DNA of 34,423 nt. It comes from a virus (taxonomy: Duplodnaviria > Caudoviricetes). This document shows, in pieces, positions 27,165-34,423 of the stretch (the stretch's first letter is position 1; each line of letters begins with the position of its first letter). Location of the stretch: IMG/VR virus record IMGVR_UViG_3300025084_000103, positions 1 to 34,423 of that record; one strand, written 5' to 3'. Made by a program: the position numbers and the translations under genes. The notes below the pieces were generated by a model. That model made no database searches, was not told the origin of the DNA, and saw nothing but the letters and a program-made list of their open reading frames with translations.

Positions 27165-28166
27165 ATGAACAAATGGTACTCAATAGAAAACAAAGCAGAC
27201 GGTAATCCTGTTGAAATATCCATCTATGATGAGATAGGAGATTACGGAACTTCTGCTAAAAACTTTATAGAGGAAGTAAAGAATGTAAGCGAGAGAGATA
27301 TTACACTAAGAATCAACTCTGTTGGTGGTAGTGTTTTTGACGGTCTTGCTATTTACAACACTTTGCGTTCCCACAGAGGTTTTGTAAACATTAAGATTGA
27401 AGGTTTGGCAGCATCAATTTCTACTGTTATTGCGATGGCAGGAGATAATATTGAAATGTCAGAGAACGGATTTTTTATGATACACAACCCATTCGGACAA
27501 TCGGCAGGAGAAGCAGTAGATATGCGTAAGACTGCTGATTTACTTGACAAAATAAAAAGTGAAATTATCGAGATATATCAAAAAAAGACCGACTTAACTT
27601 ATGAGGAACTTTCTGATATGATGGATAAAGAAACTTGGCTATCAAGTCAAGAAGCTATTGAATTTGGATTTGTAAACAATGTAACAGAGCCAATGAAGAT
27701 AGCAGCAACATTTGACCTCTCTAAATTTACTAATGTAAATGAAAAAGAGGTTAATGATAAATTAAGTTTAATTAATAATAAAACAAAAATGACTGAAGAA
27801 TTAAAAACTTGGTTCAATGGTGTTAAAGAGGAAATCTTAAACGCTGTTAAAGGAGAAGAAGTTTCATCTCCTGTTGAAGAAGTTTCCGTTATTCTTTCTG
27901 ACAATGAAGCTGTGGTAAACAAGTTCGAGGAACTTGAAGAAAACGCTACATCTTTAAGAGAAGAAAAAGAAGAACTAGCAGGTCTTGTTGGAGAAAAAGA
28001 AAGTACAATTACTGACTTAACTAACAAGATTTCTGAGATGGAAGCTAAATTAGCTAAATTAGAGGCTACTGAAACAAGCGTAGAAGCTGACACAGACCCT
28101 GCAATCAACGAAAGTGATGTTGTAGTTAATGAGTGGGATTCTTTCGCTAAATCAATATTAAAATAA
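27165..28166 (+). CDS. ClpP-type head maturation protease with scaffold-like tail
   Basis: INSVGGSVFDG, GLAASIS, MIHNP, ETWLS; C-terminal coiled coil; ATG 27165 preferred. Confidence 0.92.
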   Translation: MNKWYSIENKADGNPVEISIYDEIGDYGTSAKNFIEEVKNVSERDITLRINSVGGSVFDGLAIYNTLRSHRGFVNIKIEGLAASISTVIAMAGDNIEMSENGFFMIHNPFGQSAGEAVDMRKTADLLDKIKSEIIEIYQKKTDLTYEELSDMMDKETWLSSQEAIEFGFVNNVTEPMKIAATFDLSKFTNVNEKEVNDKLSLINNKTKMTEELKTWFNGVKEEILNAVKGEEVSSPVEEVSVILSDNEAVVNKFEELEENATSLREEKEELAGLVGEKESTITDLTNKISEMEAKLAKLEATETSVEADTDPAINESDVVVNEWDSFAKSILK

Positions 28167-28191
28167 TAATTAAATAAAAAATTAGAAAATT

Positions 28192-29199
28192 ATGGCAACT
28201 TATACAAGTGCAAATTTACCTACTGTAAAGTCGTATGACGTAAGTAAGTATATTTTAGAACCATTATTTATGGGTCAAGATTATATGTCCTATATGGACG
28301 TAATGCCTAACGTATCAGGAACAATCGTTGTTGATAAGTTTAAGGCTATTGGTGGAATTACTAACGCTTTCGCTTCAGGTGCTTTCGCAGGAGAGTCAGG
28401 AGAGATAGGCGATACTGTAACAATTACTCCTGTTCGTAGAGAAGCAGAGATTGCTTTCGCAGGAGATTCTTTATACAACAAAATCAAAGGTCAGCTTATG
28501 AGAGGTGGACACGACTTTGACAATGTTGAAGGAACTGTTGTTAAGAACATCTTATTAGAAATGATTGGTCAAGGCGTTAAGTCTGACTTTAACAAGCACC
28601 TTTGGTTATCTGATACTTCAGCATCAGGTGCTTTTGGAGATTTCGATGGTTTGTTTGATGCAGCTTTTGCTGTTACTGCAAACAAAATCAACAGAGATAC
28701 TATTTCTCAAGGTTCTGATGCTGCTTTAGCTTCAGGTAAAGGTCTTGAGATTTTAAAAGGTCTTTATGATAACGCTGCACCTGAATTATTAGAAGCAGGA
28801 AATCACGTTTACATTGTTTCAGGCGATGTTGCTGATGATTATATGGCTGCAACTTTAGAATCTTCTAACTTTGCAGCAGCAGGTTATGGTGCTATGGTTA
28901 ATGGTGTTCCACAACTTACTTACAGAGGTATTCCTATCATTGTTCGTAGAGATTGGGACGTAGCTATTGCTGCTAACGTTGCAAACATCAACGGTGCTTC
29001 TAACGCTGCTGAAACTCACAGAGCTATGCTAACTACTAAAGATGCTTTCGTTGTTGCAACAGACTTCAGCGAGAACTCAGTAGAGCAATGGTACTCTAAC
29101 GATAACAAAGAATATCGTTTCCGTGTAGCTTACTCAATCGGTTGTGCATTGAAAGATGCTAAATTGGCTGTGTACTACACACCTGATAATATGGCGTAA
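28192..29199 (+). CDS. Major capsid protein
   Basis: 335 aa directly after protease/scaffold; FDGL and YRGIPI motifs; followed by hairpin. Confidence 0.8.
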   Translation: MATYTSANLPTVKSYDVSKYILEPLFMGQDYMSYMDVMPNVSGTIVVDKFKAIGGITNAFASGAFAGESGEIGDTVTITPVRREAEIAFAGDSLYNKIKGQLMRGGHDFDNVEGTVVKNILLEMIGQGVKSDFNKHLWLSDTSASGAFGDFDGLFDAAFAVTANKINRDTISQGSDAALASGKGLEILKGLYDNAAPELLEAGNHVYIVSGDVADDYMAATLESSNFAAAGYGAMVNGVPQLTYRGIPIIVRRDWDVAIAANVANINGASNAAETHRAMLTTKDAFVVATDFSENSVEQWYSNDNKEYRFRVAYSIGCALKDAKLAVYYTPDNMA

Positions 29200-29207
29200 T
29201 TAATATA

Positions 29208-29241
29208 ATATAGGGGGTTGCAATACACCCCCTTATATTTT
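29208..29241 (+). terminator. Hairpin/terminator after capsid gene
   Basis: AGGGGG / CCCCCT stem with weak T tail. Confidence 0.55.
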
Positions 29242-29262
29242 AACTTTTAAAAATAAAAAAAA

Positions 29263-29838
29263 ATGGCAATAGAAACTTTAACAGTAGCAGCTTCTGATTT
29301 AGAAATTAGAGGTGGACTACAATATATCGCTATCGGTAAATTATCAGCAGTAAGTGCTATTACATTTACTGACACAGCAGATACTGCACACGGAATATCA
29401 GCCATTGGTGGTCTTACAAGTTCCAATGTAGCTTTACTTTTTGACTTAAAGCAAGGCACAGGTTCTTTATCTACAAGTGGTTCTAAAGATGGTGGAACGA
29501 TTATGTTTGAACACACGGTTTCATTCTATGTTCCTAACTGTTCAAATCAACACTTTAGAGCATTACAGACACTAAACAATGAGAATCTAGTGGTAGTTAC
29601 TGAAGATTATAATGGTACAAATCATTGTATTGGTCTTTCAAAAGCTTATAAAAACGCAGACGAAATTACTAACCAACAAATGTATGCAAGATTATCTGCT
29701 GTCGAAGGTGGTACAGGTGCTGCTTTAGGAGATGAAAATGGTGTTACAGTAACAATTACTTGTTCTTCAGGAGAACTTCCTAGATTGTTTACAGGAACAT
29801 TTAATCCTGCTGCTGACGGAACAATAGCAATATCTTAA
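29263..29838 (+). CDS. Probable major tail tube protein
   Basis: 191 aa beta-rich; GG...FEHTVSF..VVVTEDYNG....G..G.GT pattern. Confidence 0.55.
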   Translation: MAIETLTVAASDLEIRGGLQYIAIGKLSAVSAITFTDTADTAHGISAIGGLTSSNVALLFDLKQGTGSLSTSGSKDGGTIMFEHTVSFYVPNCSNQHFRALQTLNNENLVVVTEDYNGTNHCIGLSKAYKNADEITNQQMYARLSAVEGGTGAALGDENGVTVTITCSSGELPRLFTGTFNPAADGTIAIS

Positions 29839-29847
29839 TAATTAACT

Positions 29848-29894
29848 AAAAAGGAATGGGTTTGGCAGAGAAATTTGTCATTCCCCTTCTTTTT
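29848..29894 (+). terminator. Terminator with GAAA loop
   Basis: TGGCAGA-GAAA-TTTGTCA core, extended stem, T run. Confidence 0.65.
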
Positions 29895-29908
29895 ATTATA
29901 TTTACACT

Positions 29909-30115
29909 ATGTATAAATCAAGATTAAAAGAGGGACACGCATATTTTGTAGGTGGATTAAACTTTGCTTGGGCAGATGCAACGCAAGAGCAATTAAAAGA
30001 AGTTTATGAAATGGGCGACAACGACCTTGTAACAAAAGAAGAAGATGCAGCACCAAAAAAGAACAAGTCAAAAGCAAAAAAAGTCGAAGGTTCAGAAATC
30101 TCCGATAACGAGTAG
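29909..30115 (+). CDS. Hypothetical protein
   Basis: 68 aa; ATQEQLKEVYEMG. Confidence 0.65.
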   Translation: MYKSRLKEGHAYFVGGLNFAWADATQEQLKEVYEMGDNDLVTKEEDAAPKKNKSKAKKVEGSEISDNE

Positions 30116-31337
30116 TTTTAATACTAAGTACGCTTTTGTAAACTTATCTACACCTCAAGTAAATACTGAGGTAAAAGACTTAGATAGATTAAGAGATGAT
30201 TGGATTCCATTTGGTGCAGATAATCTCTTTCCACAGTATTTAGCAGAGCTAAAAAGACAATCTTCAACACATCGTTCTGTATTAGCACAGAAAACAACTT
30301 TCACAACAGGTGGAGGTTTTTTGACTGATAATGAGCAATTAACGGATTTTATATCTGATGTAAATGCAAACGGAGAAAGTTTAAAGGATTGTTTTAAGAA
30401 ATTAGCTGATGATTATTTTACTTATGGAAATGCTTATCTTGAGGGAGTTATATATGATGGTGGTGTTAATTTTTATCACAAAGATGCTTCGACTGCGAGA
30501 TTAAGCAAAAATAAAAAGCACGTTTATTTCCACCCTGATTGGGCAAATCAAAGAAAGTTTAAGGAAAAAACACAAAGAATACCAATTTATCCTAATGTAG
30601 CTAACAGCAGATTTATAATACATTACAAGGATTATGAAAGCACATTTAGCTTTTATGGTTTACCTGACTATGTAGCTGCTTTAGAGCATATAGCGATAGA
30701 TTTTGAAATAGGAAAATTTAACCATACAGCATTTAAAAATGGATTTAGTCCTTCTGCTATTGTTACTGTTAATGGCGATTTTGGAGAGGCAGAAGCAGAG
30801 AAATTTGTAGAAACTGCCAAAGATACGCTAACAGGAAGTGGTAACAATTCAAAAATATTATTCCTTGTAAAGAATGGGGACGACAGTAGAGGTACTGATG
30901 TTCAGATTATAAACAACAAGGAAGATGGCGACTTCTTAGATTTACAGAAGCTAACAGACCAAAACATAATTACTGCTCACAGATGGCAACCTGCATTAAG
31001 TGGTATTGTTTCTTCAGGAAAGATGAACAATACAGGTAGTGAGATTAGAATAGCTTACGACCTTGCTATGAGTACGGTAATTAGAGATACAACAAACATA
31101 CTACTAGACCCTATAAAGAGAGTTATAACAAATGAGATAGGAATAGATACGGAAGATTTAACGGTTGCTTACGAGCCACCTATATCGTTCCTTTCTGACA
31201 TAGACCCTAAACAGGTTCTTACTATAAATGAGCAGAGAGCAATGCTTAACAAAGACCTTCCTGATATTGAAGATGGAGAGTTGTTGCTTTCTGATAGACA
31301 AACAATTAGAGTTGAACGACAAAACACAGAGGTATAA
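30045..31337 (+). CDS. Portal protein
   Basis: FGADNLFP, YGNAYLE, FYGLPDY, FKNGFSPS, TGSGN motifs. Confidence 0.85.
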   Translation: MQHQKRTSQKQKKSKVQKSPITSSFNTKYAFVNLSTPQVNTEVKDLDRLRDDWIPFGADNLFPQYLAELKRQSSTHRSVLAQKTTFTTGGGFLTDNEQLTDFISDVNANGESLKDCFKKLADDYFTYGNAYLEGVIYDGGVNFYHKDASTARLSKNKKHVYFHPDWANQRKFKEKTQRIPIYPNVANSRFIIHYKDYESTFSFYGLPDYVAALEHIAIDFEIGKFNHTAFKNGFSPSAIVTVNGDFGEAEAEKFVETAKDTLTGSGNNSKILFLVKNGDDSRGTDVQIINNKEDGDFLDLQKLTDQNIITAHRWQPALSGIVSSGKMNNTGSEIRIAYDLAMSTVIRDTTNILLDPIKRVITNEIGIDTEDLTVAYEPPISFLSDIDPKQVLTINEQRAMLNKDLPDIEDGELLLSDRQTIRVERQNTEV

Positions 31338-31870
31338 TGGCAAACGTAAGACAATATGATAATCTAATAACAGCTTCAGAGGTTGTATCAAAATCATTTA
31401 CAAATCAAGCTACTGATTTAGCTTTAATAAGTAATGAGTTGATTACTATTGCAGAACTTGCTCACATTAAACCTATGTTGGGTTTGGATATGTATGAGGA
31501 ACTTAAAACTCAAAACCACAACAGCACATTAACTGCTGTTAATACGACCCTTTTAACGCATTATCTTAAAGATGCACTAGCTTGGTATGTTAGGTTTGAG
31601 GTTATGAATGAAATGCAATACAACACTACATCGGCAGGGTTGGTTGTTAATGTTTCCGAGTTTAGTAATCCTGCAAATGTAGAGCAATTCAATCAAATGA
31701 AGTCTGATACTTTTAGAAAGGCACAGGTTTTAAGTGATGATATGTTGGCATATATAATGCACGATGACCAAAACAATGACTATCCTTTATTTGGTCAAGA
31801 CGGAGATACATCTATGCCTAACTTAGATGGGGATATGGCTAAAAAAATGAACGGAATAATTTTTTACTAA
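31337..31870 (+). CDS. Probable head-tail adaptor
   Basis: IAELAHIKPMLGLDMYEEL pattern; follows portal. Confidence 0.55.
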   Translation: MANVRQYDNLITASEVVSKSFTNQATDLALISNELITIAELAHIKPMLGLDMYEELKTQNHNSTLTAVNTTLLTHYLKDALAWYVRFEVMNEMQYNTTSAGLVVNVSEFSNPANVEQFNQMKSDTFRKAQVLSDDMLAYIMHDDQNNDYPLFGQDGDTSMPNLDGDMAKKMNGIIFY

Positions 31871-32328
31871 TGGATTTAATAAAGTATTATTTAAGACATA
31901 TATGTAACGCAACCGTAAGGAAGAATGATAATTGTCCTGATGGGTATGAACATCAAATGCCTGACGGTTCTTATATGTGTGGAAGGGAACACGAAGAAGC
32001 CTATAATCTTTCGCAAGAAGAAATAGATGAAACATATAAAGAATACAAGGCATCTGTTAATATGAGCTACTCTGAATTAAAGAGATGGTCTGAAACAGAG
32101 TGTAGTAAAAAGGCTAGTATAGGAAGAACTGCTATAAACAGAAACCTAACACTACTTTCTAAGAAGAAAGCTGATTGGACTTCTGCAAACGCAACTGAAG
32201 CTAGAAAAGCTATTGCTTATATTGCAAGAGCAAAAAAACAACCACAAGGCAAGAATGTGAGTAAAGATTGCCCTTACTCCAAGAACTATATTGCTTTAAA
32301 GAATTGGGCATACGATAGAAACAAATAA
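31870..32328 (+). CDS. DUF3140-like protein
   Basis: VNMSYSELKRW..S..ASIGR...ALKNWAYD; N-terminal HQMPDGSYM motif. Confidence 0.55.
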   Translation: MDLIKYYLRHICNATVRKNDNCPDGYEHQMPDGSYMCGREHEEAYNLSQEEIDETYKEYKASVNMSYSELKRWSETECSKKASIGRTAINRNLTLLSKKKADWTSANATEARKAIAYIARAKKQPQGKNVSKDCPYSKNYIALKNWAYDRNK

Positions 32329-32340
32329 AAAATATATAAA

Positions 32341-32616
32341 ATGGCTTACGAATTTTTAGATGACAATATTGCTTTAATGAGAATGTTGGGAGAGTGTCAA
32401 AGTATTCAGGTTATTAGCGATACAGCAGCTCATACAAGCAAAGACTTTTACTGCCTTTACTGTGTTACTGAAACTGTTATTGCTTCTATAACTTGCGATA
32501 GTGAGGTTACAAACGCAGCAGGTTTACAAACAACGCTTCCTGCGGGAACAATGTTGATGCTTAACATTACAGCAGTAACACTTACAAGTGGAGTAGTAAT
32601 AGGATATAACAGATAA
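32341..32616 (+). CDS. Small structural protein
   Basis: TLPAG...ITAVTLTSGVVIGY beta pattern. Confidence 0.6.
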   Translation: MAYEFLDDNIALMRMLGECQSIQVISDTAAHTSKDFYCLYCVTETVIASITCDSEVTNAAGLQTTLPAGTMLMLNITAVTLTSGVVIGYNR

Positions 32617-32620
32617 TAAT

Positions 32621-33106
32621 ATGGCAAGTACAATAATAGCAGCAGCACTCACAATAACTATTAACGAAAGTATAACATTGGGAGGTACTCAGTATGGAGG
32701 AACAAAAACACTAGAAATAGCATCTATTAAAGAGGTTTTTAAGCGTATTGTTCGTTGTGTTGATGATACTGATTGCACAATAGCAACATTTCAAACAGCA
32801 ACAAACACAGCAGATAATGCTATTGATTTAGAGAATGTTAGATATATTAGGGTAACTAATTTAGATGACACTAATCCAATGAATTTGTCTTTACAAGTTG
32901 CAGGTGGAGAAGATGGAGCTGCAAATATGTCTGCTACACACTTAGTAGGTGCAGGTCAAAGTTTCATTATGCACACAGTTCACGATGGTATTGCTGTTAG
33001 TGATGCTAACGCTACTCTTGTAGATGCTTTAACTGACTTAGAAAGTCTTTTGGTTGACCCTTTGTCGGAAGATATAGATGTAGAAGTATTAATTGCAAGT
33101 GTATAA
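32621..33106 (+). CDS. Structural protein
   Basis: 161 aa; YIRVTNLDD. Confidence 0.6.
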   Translation: MASTIIAAALTITINESITLGGTQYGGTKTLEIASIKEVFKRIVRCVDDTDCTIATFQTATNTADNAIDLENVRYIRVTNLDDTNPMNLSLQVAGGEDGAANMSATHLVGAGQSFIMHTVHDGIAVSDANATLVDALTDLESLLVDPLSEDIDVEVLIASV

Positions 33107-33109
33107 AAT

Positions 33110-33715
33110 ATGGCAAGTAACGAACATAGTGGATTAGATAACAGTCAGCTTCACGTACCAAAGGACTTTAGCACAGCTTCTGCGAATACTGTATTAACAA
33201 AAGACGGTAGCAATAACTTAACTTGGGCAGACGACAATCTTAGAAGAACTCAACAATTTAGAGTTACAGGATATTTTAGTAAGTCTGATACTAATGAGTA
33301 TGCACCGACTTATGCAGCAAACGCAACTCATCTTTGGGACACAGTAGTTACTAATTCTACTAATGACGCACAAGATGCTGTTGCACAGGCTCAGTTATAT
33401 TGCAATAGAGCAGGTTTTATAGGTGGATTTGGTGGTGTTGTAGCAGCTACAAGTGGAAAGACTGTAAATTTTAAAGTTTACAAAGGTACACCTGCTGATG
33501 CTAGTTCGTCAGGATTTGCATTAACTCAACTAGGAGATACTGCATCTGAAGTTGGTGGTGGTGGAACTAATGTTGATGTTTTTGAAGCAGGTTCTATGGG
33601 TTCTTCTGCTACATTCTCAGCAGGAGATGTTATTATAATTACTATATCGGCAGGGGCAGCAGCATCTACTGTCGCAAGGTTTAACGCTACATTAGAAGTA
33701 GTATATACAGAATAA
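33110..33715 (+). CDS. Fibre-like structural protein
   Basis: VLTKDGSNNLTW fibre-type repeat; Gly/Ala/Ser-rich. Confidence 0.6.
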   Translation: MASNEHSGLDNSQLHVPKDFSTASANTVLTKDGSNNLTWADDNLRRTQQFRVTGYFSKSDTNEYAPTYAANATHLWDTVVTNSTNDAQDAVAQAQLYCNRAGFIGGFGGVVAATSGKTVNFKVYKGTPADASSSGFALTQLGDTASEVGGGGTNVDVFEAGSMGSSATFSAGDVIIITISAGAAASTVARFNATLEVVYTE

Positions 33716-33716
33716 T

Positions 33717-34423
33717 ATGTTAGGATTAGGATTAGCAATAACAGTAGGTAAAAGAATATTAGGCGATGCCATAGATAGCTTATTATCTGCGTTAAAAGGT
33801 AGAGCAACATACTATGAGAATGGTAGTGCATCTAAATCTACTATTAAGGCAATAGATAATGCTGATGTACTAGACAAAGCATCTATACTACTTACTCCTA
33901 CTGCAACAAGTGATGCAAGGGTACACTCTGTAAAGACTTATACAGGTGATGAACTTGTAACTAATGGTGCATTTGATACTGATAGTGATTGGGTAAAGGG
34001 TACAGGTTGGTCTATTGCTAATGGTAAAGCTAGTTGTAACGGTTCTAGCACTAACTTAAATCAAAATGGAGTTTTGGTTGTAGGTAAAAATTACAAGATT
34101 ACTATAACTGTTACTGATTATGTTTCAGGAACTGTTGAGGTATCAGCAGGTGCAGCACCTAGAGGTGCTATGTCAGCTAATGGTACTTATACTTTTTATC
34201 AAAACGCTACACCTAACACAAACTTTTATATAGTTGCACAATCATTTGATGGCTCAATAGACAACGTATCAGTAGTAGATGTATCATCAGACTTTGACTT
34301 CGATAGAGCAAGTAGTGCTACAAGAATAAACTCTGATGGTTTAGTACAAGATATGCAAAGTATTACTGACCCTGAATTAGTACTTAATGGTGATTTTGAG
34401 GAGTTGGGTGATGAAGAAATTAC
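33717..34423 (+). CDS. Tail fibre/receptor-binding protein, N-terminal part, 3'-truncated (not in ORF track)
   Basis: Open from ATG 33717 to window end: MLGLGLAIT..KASILLTPT..ELVTNGAFDTDSDW..FDFDRASSATRINSDGL..ELVLNGDF. Confidence 0.8.
   Translation, partial: MLGLGLAITVGKRILGDAIDSLLSALKGRATYYENGSASKSTIKAIDNADVLDKASILLTPTATSDARVHSVKTYTGDELVTNGAFDTDSDWVKGTGWSIANGKASCNGSSTNLNQNGVLVVGKNYKITITVTDYVSGTVEVSAGAAPRGAMSANGTYTFYQNATPNTNFYIVAQSFDGSIDNVSVVDVSSDFDFDRASSATRINSDGLVQDMQSITDPELVLNGDFEELGDEEI

Larger units (their letters stand above)
1..34423 (+). mobile_element. Near-complete tailed phage genome (siphovirus-like, probable Bacteroidota/Flavobacteriia host)
   Basis: Terminase, portal, Clp protease, capsid, tape measure, holin and replication genes all on + strand; no host housekeeping genes; TAnnTTTG promoters and SD-less starts. 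Confidence 0.95.

Noticed and set aside
30055-30061. A AAA AAG slippery site before the portal
   Set aside because: The portal is +1 relative to ORF 29909, so a -1 shift would not reach it
33720-33737. Telomere-like TTAGGA repeats
   Set aside because: Explained by the LGLGL codons of the fibre N-terminus
230-33831. Minus-strand ORFs in the track
   Set aside because: Nearly all are shadows of + strand genes and show no recognisable motifs
1-34423. Integrase, reverse transcriptase/DGR, tRNA or genetic-code reassignment
   Set aside because: No such motifs seen; genes are intact and densely packed under the standard code

Overview
The window is most of the genome of a tailed dsDNA phage of siphovirus type, with all credible genes on the + strand. 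The host is very probably Bacteroidota/Flavobacteriia: TAnnTTTG promoters, no Shine-Dalgarno motifs, DUF3127-type SSB. Both ends fall inside what looks like one modular tail-fibre gene, so the contig is probably a circle broken there. Gene order: fibre end, lysis genes and phosphoesterase (0.5-3.3 kb), DNA metabolism with a lambda-O-like initiator (3.4-8.5 kb), an AT-rich early region with small ORFs and a probable SAM lyase (8.5-12.2 kb), then terS/terL, a frameshifted tail chaperone, tail genes, tape measure, Mor-like regulator, Clp protease, capsid, tail tube, portal and fibres. I saw no integrase, polymerase, tRNA or CRISPR. The most interesting signals are non-coding: (1) a promoter- and terminator-bounded candidate sRNA plus two GU-rich 3' tracts complementary to early-gene leaders, while late genes look leaderless; (2) three copies of an origin-like element, in the initiator gene, before the holin and before terS; (3) two phased 11-bp repeat arrays; (4) two Fur-box-like palindromes before the SAM-lyase operon. 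All family calls come from motif recognition by eye, not database searches.
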